The notes beneath the pieces were generated by a model that made no database searches, was not told the DNA's origin, and saw nothing but the letters and a program-made list of their open reading frames with translations. From Okeania sp. (GTDB lineage Bacteria > Cyanobacteriota > Cyanobacteriia > Cyanobacteriales > Microcoleaceae), in the NCBI RefSeq assembly GCF_035285525.1, contig NZ_JAYKGW010000237.1, forward strand, positions 1 to 29,609: a stretch of 29,609 nt of DNA, in the 5' to 3' direction. A program made the translations under genes and the position numbers. Shown here one piece after another: positions 22,612 through 29,609 of this stretch (within the stretch, counting starts at the first letter, position 1; every line of letters begins with the position of its first letter).

Positions 22612-25600
22612 ATGTCTAATCAAAGTCAAAACCAAAAACAATTAACTGAAGCTACACTACCAGCCAAAGTGGAAGTTTTAGACATTACTGTGTCTACAGT
22701 TGATTCCCAAAATTTATGGGGATTTTATATAGATAAACCAGTAAAGGGAGAAAAAATTGACTCGGGCAACCATAAAGTGGAAATAATGGGTTGGGTGTTG
22801 GGGAAAAGCTCTCCGGTGGTAGCGGTAGAAATAATTTGTAATGGTAAGATTCTCCAAACAGTACCTGTTGACCAACAACGCCTTGGTGTGGCTAAAGCTT
22901 TTCCCGGTGTTAAAGAGGCTAAAAACAGTGGGTTTTCTACCACAGTTAGAGTTCCTAAACAGGTATCTTCAAGGGAGTTGTTTCTGCGAGTCAGACTAAA
23001 AGATGAAAGCCTAATTCCTGTGGGAAAAATCAAAATCTGCTCAGTTGCATCTAAATCTATTGAGGAAGTAGATTCAAAAACATCGGCTCAAACTCCGTTG
23101 ACACTACCCAAAGAAATAACCCAACGAACTTTGGGGACAGATTCAACAGTAGAAATAATTTCAGTTCATGTGCCCAAAACAGCAGGGACTACATTTAGAG
23201 AACAGTTGATACAAGCTTATGGAAAAGAACAAGTTTTTCTAGATTACAAAAAGCAACCAGTCGAGGAAGTATTATCAGAAATAAAATCTCTAAATATTAG
23301 AGCTATTCATGGTCATTTTAAGGTAGAAAAATACGACGATTATTTTCCTGAGGCCAAAAGAATTATCTGGATCAGGGAACCTATCAAGCGTTTGATTTCT
23401 AATTATTGGCATCAAGTGACACATTTCCAAAATAGAAAAGTCCTTTTGCATGAAGTTAAATTCGAGAAAAAAAAGTTAATAGAGTATGCTACTCGACCTG
23501 ACATTAAGAATTTGATGTTTAATCATTGTGGCCAAAGAACTCTAGAAGATTTTTGGTATGTGGGAATCACAGAATTTATGGAGGAAGATTTAGTTGAAAT
23601 TCAAACAAATATCGGATGGCCAAAAGTTAAACTTAGTAATCTAAATAAGCACAAATATTCCCAAAGTTATTCAGCTTTTGTGAAAGAGGTATTGTCAGAT
23701 TCAGAAATGATAGAGCAACTAAAAGCTATCAATAGCCAAGATATAGAAGTTTATGAAAATGCCTTAATAATGCGAGCAGAAAGGATAAAAGATCGGTTAA
23801 AAACCCTACAGTCAAATAATCATAATTATCAACAGGAAAACAATAAATTACCAAAACAATTCACTAAAAAACCAGCAAAATCCAAAATTAAAATTCTAGA
23901 TATTAGCTTGTTTGAAGTTGATTTCCAACATCTATGGGGATGTCGTATAGCTAGACCAAGAAAGGAGGGCAATAAGATAAAAATTAGGGGTTGGATTTTG
24001 GGAAAAAGCTCTCGGGTAGTGGCAATAGAAATAATTAGTAAAGGAAGTATTGTCCAAACAGTTCCTATTGATAAAAAACGTCTTGGTGTAGCTAAAGCTT
24101 TTCCCCATGTTAAAGAAGCTAAAAATAGTGGTTTTTTCACAACAGTTAGAGTTTCTCAAGAGGTATCCTCAAACGAGTTGTTTCTGCAAGCCAGACTAGA
24201 AGATAAAAGGCTGGTTCCTGTAGGAAAAATCAAAATCCCCTCAGTTACGTCTAAATCTATTGCTATTGAGGAAGTAGACTCGGAGACATCTGCTCAAACT
24301 CCTTTGGCACTACCCAAAGAAAAAACCGAGCTAGCTCAAGTTGAAATTCAAGATGTGGGTTTGTCCGAGCTTGATAATAAAAATTACTCTAGTTCAAATC
24401 TTGAGACAGATTCAAAAGTAGAAATAATTTCAGTTCATTTGCCTAAAACAGCAGGAACTACATTTAGAAAAATATTAGAGAAGGTTTATACTCCTGAGCA
24501 AGTTTGTAGTGACTACACAGGTTCAAAATTTTCAGAAGAATTATTAACTCAAATAGGTGAACCTAATACTAAGGTAATTCATGGTCATTTTCCAGTAACT
24601 AAGTATCAGAATATGTTTCTGGAGGCGAAGAGGATAATTTGGCTAAGAGAACCAGTAAAACGTTTACTTTCCCATTATATATTTGAGATAAATGTTCAGA
24701 AAAAAAGAAGATTCACAACTATAGAAAAAGAGAAAAAAAAACTCCTTAAATTTGCTAACAAAGACTACATGAAAAACTTAATGTCATACTACGTTAAGGA
24801 CTTACAATATTTTTGGTTTGTTGGAATCCAAGATTTTTTTCAAGAAGATTTAGTGGAACTTCAACAAAAATTAGGATGGTCAAATATTGAATATTCTTAT
24901 GCTAACAAAAATCCATCAAAAATCCATAAAAATTTTGTCAAACAGGTATTAGCAGATACAGAAATGATAGAGCAGCTAAGGGCTATTAATAGCCAAGATA
25001 TAAAAATTTATGAAACCGCTTTAAAAATGCGAGCAGAAAGGAGGAAATATTTGTTGAAAACCCTAGCATCAAATAGTCATAATCACCAACAAGAAAACAA
25101 TAAATTACCAAAACAGTTCTCTCAAACAACACCAAAAGCAAAAGTAGAAATTAAAGATATTAGCGTGTCCAAAATTGATTCCCAACGTCCTATTAAAAAG
25201 TATAGTTTAAGTATTTGTGGAATTATGAAAAATGAAGGTCCATATATCGTGGAGTGGTTAGAATTTCACAAGTTAGTTGGTGTGGAAAGATTTTATCTAT
25301 ATGACAATACCAGTACTGATAATACGATTGATGTTCTGCAACCTTATGTTGAATCTGGAGAAGTTATTTATTATTATTGGCCTCATAAACCAGGACAAAT
25401 GTCTGCTTATTCTCATTGCTTAAAGAATCACAAATATGATTCAGAATGGATAGCATTTATAGATTTAGATGAGTTTTTGTTCCCTACGGTAGCAGATAAG
25501 ATAACAGATATAATAGATGAGTTTTCTCAGGTTTCAGCTCTAGGAGTTAACTGGATGAACTTTGGTACATCAGGACATGAAAAAAAGCCTGAAGGATTGC

Positions 25601-27288
25601 AAATAGAAAACTTTATTAAATGTGCCAAAAAAAGTTTCGGTCCGAATAGACATATCAAATGTATTTTACGGCCAGAAAAAGCAGTTCGTCCACTAAATCC
25701 TCATCAGTTTGTATTTTCTCAAGGTCAGGTAGTCACAGAAAATAAACAACCAATCACAGGACCGATATCGTCAACACATTCTATTAAAAAAATCAGAATA
25801 AATCATTATACTACTCGCTCAAAAGAGGAGAGTATGAAAAAAATGATGCGAGGTAGGGCAACTAAGAATGAACAGAGACCTTGGTCGCATTTTGAATCTA
25901 AAGATAAGATATTTAATGAGGTAGAGGATTTAACGATTCAACGATTTGTTCCTAGACTAAAAATAGCGGTAGAAAAAATTCAGAGGCAAATAAATAAAGA
26001 ACAATTTTTATCGGCAAAACCACAGATAGAAATTAATGAACCTTTGGTAACGGTAGGAAATCTAAATACAGTAGCGACAGAAAACGACCTATTATTGCTA
26101 GGTGGTTGGGTTGTGTCACTCAAGTATGGGTCTGCGGATAGCTTCAAGGTTTCTATTGATGGAACTGAGATATCTAATTTTCAACAGAATGTGGCTATTC
26201 CTAGTCCAGATGTTCAGAAAGTTCGTCGCCAACTCCAGGGTGCAGATAAAGCTCGTTTTCGTATCAAAATACCTCTGGAGCAACAACAACTTGAACAGTT
26301 TCAAGATTCTCTGGTTGTTGTAACTCCTATTTTTGAGGGTAATGAAGGTGCTGCTTTACGAGGTGTATTAAATCCTACTATTAAGACTCCTAAAAAAGAA
26401 TACATTAAACAATTTGGCGATCCTCCCAATAACTTTAGTCATGCTGGTTTTAAATGGTTGGGTCATTTAATCGAAATAGGAGGTCTTCAACCGACAGATC
26501 ATGTTTTTGAGTTGGGTTGCGGGATAGGAAGGGTTGCTTATGCTCTAGCTAACTATCTTAAACCAATAGCTGCTTACGAAGGTATTGATTTTCGGGAAAA
26601 TGCTCTGTCGTTTGCTCAACAAGAAATTACTACCCGAAAACCTAACTTAAATTTCCGGAGGGAAAATGTTCATCACCCAATTTATAACCCCAATGGTGCT
26701 GTACCGGGAGTAGAATTTGTTCTTCCCTATCACAATTTCAGTTTTGATGTAGTTTACATTACGGATATGTTTACTCATCTGCAAATTTTGGAGATGCGAC
26801 ATTATTTGGAAGAAGTTCACCGAGTTTTGAAGTTTGAGGGTAGGTTGTTATTTGGATGTTTCCTGCTTAACTCGGAATCACAAAAATTAATTGCAGAAGG
26901 TCAAGTTTCTCAGAAACTGATTTATGAAGTGGAGGGTGGTTTGACTTTAGATTCAGAGTTACCAGAAAAAGGTACTGGTTTCTCAGAATCTTTACTGTTA
27001 AGTTTAGTAGAAGAGTGTGGGTTAAGGGTAGTAGGAAAATATTATGGTTCTTGGTGTGGACGTAAATCTTTTATTAATCAAGATTTGCTGGTTTTACAAA
27101 AAAAGACTCAGTTATCTCTAGAAAAACAGACAGAACTGAAACAGATATCTGAAACTAAAACTAATGAAACTAAGATGTTGAACTCAAAGTTAGATAACTA
27201 CGAGAAAAATTTAGAACAATATAAGTCTAAATTAGAAAAGTTTCAGATAGAAATTGATGATTTAAAATTTAAAACTAACCAGAATTAA
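22612..27288 (+). CDS. Multidomain enzyme (1558 aa): [GW module + sulfotransferase] x2, GT92/Glyco_tranf_2_4-like glycosyltransferase, GWV variant-B module, class I SAM methyltransferase, coiled-coil tail
   Basis: - GW modules: VEIMGWVLGKSSPVVAVEII...GVAKAFPGVKEAKNSGF (nt ~22680-23040) and IKIRGWILGKSSRVVAIEII...GVAKAFPHVKEAKNSGF (~23880-24240).
- Sulfotransferase-2-type motifs: ISVHVPKTAGTTFRE...IHGHF...IIWIREPIKRLIS (~23140-23790) and ISVHLPKTAGTTFRK...IIWLREPVKRLLS (~24418-25050).
- GT: ICGIMKNEGPYIVEWLEFHKLVGVERFYLYDNTSTDNT...WIAFIDLDEFLFP (~25195-25900).
- Variant-B module: LLLGGWVVSLKYGSADSFKVSIDGTEISNF...KARFRIKIPL (~26040-26340).
- MTase: VFELGCGIGRVAYAL (~26400-27090).
- Coiled coil: ~27100-27288. 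Confidence 0.8.
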   Translation: MSNQSQNQKQLTEATLPAKVEVLDITVSTVDSQNLWGFYIDKPVKGEKIDSGNHKVEIMGWVLGKSSPVVAVEIICNGKILQTVPVDQQRLGVAKAFPGVKEAKNSGFSTTVRVPKQVSSRELFLRVRLKDESLIPVGKIKICSVASKSIEEVDSKTSAQTPLTLPKEITQRTLGTDSTVEIISVHVPKTAGTTFREQLIQAYGKEQVFLDYKKQPVEEVLSEIKSLNIRAIHGHFKVEKYDDYFPEAKRIIWIREPIKRLISNYWHQVTHFQNRKVLLHEVKFEKKKLIEYATRPDIKNLMFNHCGQRTLEDFWYVGITEFMEEDLVEIQTNIGWPKVKLSNLNKHKYSQSYSAFVKEVLSDSEMIEQLKAINSQDIEVYENALIMRAERIKDRLKTLQSNNHNYQQENNKLPKQFTKKPAKSKIKILDISLFEVDFQHLWGCRIARPRKEGNKIKIRGWILGKSSRVVAIEIISKGSIVQTVPIDKKRLGVAKAFPHVKEAKNSGFFTTVRVSQEVSSNELFLQARLEDKRLVPVGKIKIPSVTSKSIAIEEVDSETSAQTPLALPKEKTELAQVEIQDVGLSELDNKNYSSSNLETDSKVEIISVHLPKTAGTTFRKILEKVYTPEQVCSDYTGSKFSEELLTQIGEPNTKVIHGHFPVTKYQNMFLEAKRIIWLREPVKRLLSHYIFEINVQKKRRFTTIEKEKKKLLKFANKDYMKNLMSYYVKDLQYFWFVGIQDFFQEDLVELQQKLGWSNIEYSYANKNPSKIHKNFVKQVLADTEMIEQLRAINSQDIKIYETALKMRAERRKYLLKTLASNSHNHQQENNKLPKQFSQTTPKAKVEIKDISVSKIDSQRPIKKYSLSICGIMKNEGPYIVEWLEFHKLVGVERFYLYDNTSTDNTIDVLQPYVESGEVIYYYWPHKPGQMSAYSHCLKNHKYDSEWIAFIDLDEFLFPTVADKITDIIDEFSQVSALGVNWMNFGTSGHEKKPEGLQIENFIKCAKKSFGPNRHIKCILRPEKAVRPLNPHQFVFSQGQVVTENKQPITGPISSTHSIKKIRINHYTTRSKEESMKKMMRGRATKNEQRPWSHFESKDKIFNEVEDLTIQRFVPRLKIAVEKIQRQINKEQFLSAKPQIEINEPLVTVGNLNTVATENDLLLLGGWVVSLKYGSADSFKVSIDGTEISNFQQNVAIPSPDVQKVRRQLQGADKARFRIKIPLEQQQLEQFQDSLVVVTPIFEGNEGAALRGVLNPTIKTPKKEYIKQFGDPPNNFSHAGFKWLGHLIEIGGLQPTDHVFELGCGIGRVAYALANYLKPIAAYEGIDFRENALSFAQQEITTRKPNLNFRRENVHHPIYNPNGAVPGVEFVLPYHNFSFDVVYITDMFTHLQILEMRHYLEEVHRVLKFEGRLLFGCFLLNSESQKLIAEGQVSQKLIYEVEGGLTLDSELPEKGTGFSESLLLSLVEECGLRVVGKYYGSWCGRKSFINQDLLVLQKKTQLSLEKQTELKQISETKTNETKMLNSKLDNYEKNLEQYKSKLEKFQIEIDDLKFKTNQN
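22655..25200. repeat. Intragenic tandem duplication of a ~1.2 kb GW + sulfotransferase module, with the start of a third unit
   Basis: The unit begins at K(V/I)E(V/I)LDI.. and ends at QQENNKLPKQF. Long, nearly identical DNA stretches are shared, for example gtagaaataatttcagttcatgtgcccaaaacagcagggactacatttaga (23149) versus gtagaaataatttcagttcatttgcctaaaacagcaggaactacatttaga (24418). A third start, PKAKVEIKDISVSKIDSQ (~25132), runs into the GT domain. Confidence 0.85.
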
Positions 27289-27326
27289 AGCAAATATTTA
27301 TTATTGAGTATTCTGCCGAAAAATGA

Positions 27327-29174
27327 ATGAAATCAACCAACCTAACGAATTACAATTTAGAAGAAGTAAAAGTAGAAGTAATTTCGATTCATGTACCAAG
27401 AACTGGTGGTACTGCATTTAAGAATGTTATTAGGCAGGTATATAGTTCAGAGGAAATTTTTTTTGACTATCCTCACAAAGGTCCGATTCGGAATCGGATG
27501 TTAAGTAAACCAAAACCGGAAGTCAAAATAATTCATGGTCATTTTCCGGCTCCAAAATATAATCAAAAATTTCCGGGTTCTAAAAAAATTATTTGGCTGA
27601 GAGACCCGATTAAACGGTTGATTTCTCTTTACTTTTTTTGGAAAAGTTGGCAAATATTAATAGCAAATGATGAGCAAAGTTTAAAAAATAATCAAGAAGC
27701 TAGTTTGAGTTTTATCGAATTTGTTGAACAACCGGAAATGCAGAATCTAATTAAGTTAAATTTTCTGCAAAATGAGCGGCTAAAAGATTTTTATTGGGTG
27801 GGTATTCAGGATTTTTTTGCTGAGGATTTACATCAATTATCTGTAATGTTAAATTGGGCAGATTATGAGTTAGAAACTCAAAAAAGTAATCCATACCCAG
27901 AATATAAGTTGTTAACAAAAGAAGTATTATCGAATCAAGAAATAGTTGATAAAATATCTGCTATGAATCAGGAGGATATAGAAATTTATCGAGAAGCATT
28001 AAGTTTGCGGGTGCGGCGTCAAAAAACTTCAGAGATAAAATACTATATTCAAAATAACTCTGGAAAAAAAAATATTATCCAGAAAAAAGGGAGAATTAAT
28101 TGTTTACTTACTTGGGGTTCTATTGATCGGGTAATTGTTAAAAATCAAGTTTTACGTTTATCTGGTTGGGTTGCTTCTCTGGATGCTGGTATGGTGCAAG
28201 GTTTTAAAGTTTCTGTTGGGAATCAGGAGTTTAGTTTCTTTGAACAAACTTTGAATATACCTAGTCCAGATATTGAGAAGGTTCACTCTAGTTTATTTGG
28301 TGCAGGTAATGCTAGATTCCGTCTAAAAATACTTTTAAATAAACAAAAAATTAATCAAATAAAACATTCATTAATTTCTGTAATTCCTCTGTTTGAAAAA
28401 GGTGAGGGTATAGTTATATTGACTGCATTGACGCCTATTTTACCACTGCCAGATCGGAAATATCTAAAAATGATTGGAGAAGATAGTGCTCATCAGTTTA
28501 TTTATCATTCTTTCAAGTTATTAGGAAGTTTAATTCAGAGATTAGGTTTACAACCAACAGACCATATTCTTGATGTTGGTTGTAATGTTGGTAAAGTTGC
28601 TTATTGCTTAGTTCATTATTTAGAACCTTCTGGTCGTTATGAGGGTTTTGATATGGTAGAAAATTTTATTTCTTGGACTCAAAGGGAAGTTACTACTCGT
28701 AAACCTAATTTTAATTTTAATTGGCATAATATTCATCATCGTCTCTACAATTATACAGGCAAAATATCTGCTAATAATTTTATTTTTCCTTATCCTGATG
28801 TTAGTTTTAATTGTGTTTGTGTTTCTCGTTTATTTACTCATTTACAAGGTTCAGGAGTTGGTCATTTTCTTGATGAAATATATAGAGTTTTACAACCAGG
28901 GGGTAGATGTTTATTAATCTGCTTTTTAGTTAATTTGGAAGCTGCAGAGTTGATTAGTAAGGGGAAGAGTTCTCAACAGTTTATTTATGAAATAGAGGAT
29001 GGTTTGACTATAGATATTAATTTGCCGGAGAAGGGAATTGGGTTTAGGGAGAATATACTATTAGAATGGGTGGAGGAACGAGGATTTAGTGTTTTAGAAA
29101 GAGCTTATGGTTCTTGGTGTGGTCGGACTTCATCTATTAAGGAAGATTTGTTGGTTTTGGAAAAAAGTTTTTAA
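27327..29174 (+). CDS. Sulfotransferase, GWV variant-B module and class I SAM methyltransferase (615 aa)
   Basis: Starts 38 nt after the previous stop, so co-transcription is likely.
- Sulfotransferase: ISIHVPRTGGTAFKN...IHGHF...IIWLRDPIKRLIS (~27370-28010).
- Variant-B module: LRLSGWVASLDAGMVQGFKVSVGNQEFSFF...NARFRLKILL (~28100-28400).
- MTase: ILDVGCNVGKVAYCL...LQPGGRCL (~28450-29174). Confidence 0.8.
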   Translation: MKSTNLTNYNLEEVKVEVISIHVPRTGGTAFKNVIRQVYSSEEIFFDYPHKGPIRNRMLSKPKPEVKIIHGHFPAPKYNQKFPGSKKIIWLRDPIKRLISLYFFWKSWQILIANDEQSLKNNQEASLSFIEFVEQPEMQNLIKLNFLQNERLKDFYWVGIQDFFAEDLHQLSVMLNWADYELETQKSNPYPEYKLLTKEVLSNQEIVDKISAMNQEDIEIYREALSLRVRRQKTSEIKYYIQNNSGKKNIIQKKGRINCLLTWGSIDRVIVKNQVLRLSGWVASLDAGMVQGFKVSVGNQEFSFFEQTLNIPSPDIEKVHSSLFGAGNARFRLKILLNKQKINQIKHSLISVIPLFEKGEGIVILTALTPILPLPDRKYLKMIGEDSAHQFIYHSFKLLGSLIQRLGLQPTDHILDVGCNVGKVAYCLVHYLEPSGRYEGFDMVENFISWTQREVTTRKPNFNFNWHNIHHRLYNYTGKISANNFIFPYPDVSFNCVCVSRLFTHLQGSGVGHFLDEIYRVLQPGGRCLLICFLVNLEAAELISKGKSSQQFIYEIEDGLTIDINLPEKGIGFRENILLEWVEERGFSVLERAYGSWCGRTSSIKEDLLVLEKSF

Positions 29175-29214
29175 GAGGGAAAGGAATAAAGTGCATTTTA
29201 AAGGTCAAGAGTTA

Positions 29215-29609
29215 GTGGTGAATTTTTCTAACTATTGCGCAAATGAGAAGTTTCATTTTGTGAAGCACCCCAGTAGAGGTGATGAGTGATGAAATTTTCC
29301 CACTATTGTTCTATACGCAATAGTTAGTGCATTTTGTGAAGCACCCCAGTAGAGGTGATGAGTGATGAATTTTTCCCACTATTGCGTATAGAGCAATAGT
29401 TAGTGCATTTTCTTAAGCACCCCAGCAGAGGTGATGAGTGATGAATTTTTCTAACTGTTGCGCAAATGAGAAGTTTCATTTTGTGAAGCACCCCAACAGA
29501 GGTGATGAGTGATGAATTTTTCCACTATTGTTCTATACGCAATAGTTAATGCATTTTCTTAAGCACCCCAACAGAGGTGATGAGTGATGAATTTTTCCAC
29601 TATTGTTCT
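29215..29609. repeat. Composite tandem array, 71-76 bp period, at least 5 units, running off the window end
   Basis: A conserved ~40-bp core ([gtg/ctt]aagcacccca[gt/gc/ac]agaggtgatgagtgatgaatttttc) starts at 29260, 29336, 29412, 29483 and 29558, with a degenerate partial copy at ~29215. The cores alternate with two recurring hairpin-plus-T-run inserts: type A cactattgttctatacgcaatagttagtgcatttt and type B taactattgcgcaaatgagaagtttcatttt. Confidence 0.9.

Noticed and set aside
22725-24159. Antisense ORFs 22725-23033, 23829-24140 and 23932-24159 (75-103 aa)
   Set aside because: They lie opposite the two duplicated GW modules of the CDS at 22612. The ORFs at 22725 and 23829 share the peptide run FLASLTPGKALATPRRCWSTGTVWRILPL / FLASLTWGKALATPRRFLSIGTVWTILPL. 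This means they recur only because the sense-strand module was duplicated. There are no motifs, and the sense frame is strongly supported.
29107-29289. 60-aa ORF from the track (MVLGVVGLHLLRKI...HPSRGDE)
   Set aside because: It starts out of frame inside the 3' end of the CDS 27327-29174 and simply reads into the first repeat unit until the repeat's TGAGTGATGA stop cluster. It has no independent support as a gene. Only its last ~22 codons relate to the possible MNFS-type mini-ORFs discussed in the findings.
29215-29609. CRISPR array (regular ~40-bp repeats separated by ~31-35 bp inserts)
   Set aside because: The 'spacers' are not unique. Only two insert types recur (type A at least four times, counting the loop-flipped copy and the unit cut off by the window end; type B twice), and they are themselves hairpin + T-run structures. 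The repeat does not resemble CRISPR repeats I know. No cas genes or leader are visible in the window. The array continues beyond the window, so this rejection is provisional.
1-29609. tRNA, rRNA, transposase, integrase, reverse transcriptase (DGR/retron) or cas genes; polysaccharide export or polymerase genes (wzx, wzy, wzt/wzm, kps, wza)
   Set aside because: I found no cloverleaf-like, GC-balanced ~75-nt segments in the spacers and no rRNA-like conserved blocks. None of the long ORFs shows DDE, tyrosine or serine recombinase, YxDD or multi-TM transporter signatures by eye. Absence is based on visual inspection only and should be confirmed with tRNAscan/Infernal and HMM searches.

Overview
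AT-rich chromosomal accessory region, almost certainly cyanobacterial. I found 10 copies of the HIP1 octamer GCGATCGC, heptamer STRR-like arrays and small MITE-like elements. A Trichodesmium-like filamentous organism is only a guess. About 24 kb of the 29.6 kb encodes a glycan-tailoring island built from unusually large fused enzymes. By motif reading these comprise 5 sulfotransferase, 8 SAM-methyltransferase and 7 glycosyltransferase domains spread over 8 proteins of 224 to 1989 aa. Two of the proteins carry long TPR arrays. No polymerase, flippase, ABC exporter or nucleotide-sugar gene is visible in the window. The most interesting signal is a motif-defined module of roughly 90-110 aa (GWV-GK...AFP...NSGF, plus variants) that I cannot assign to a named family. 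It recurs 9 times in 6 of these proteins, and one variant is always fused directly upstream of a methyltransferase. Other notable points:
- a recent 1.2 kb intragenic module duplication;
- a roughly 270 aa repeat expansion inserted into the interdomain linker of a GT-B domain;
- a small islet interrupting the cluster, with a zeta-toxin-like ATPase, an overlapping 58-aa ORF absent from the ORF track, and two overlapping small ORFs;
- two MITE-like insertions with target-site duplications;
- G-quadruplex-capable repeats;
- a 71-76 bp composite tandem array at the 3' edge that looks superficially like CRISPR, but whose 'spacers' recur, one with its hairpin loop inverted.
The 5' edge holds the end of a coiled-coil repeat protein. 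All domain calls come from motif recognition by eye. No searches were run, and domain boundaries are approximate.
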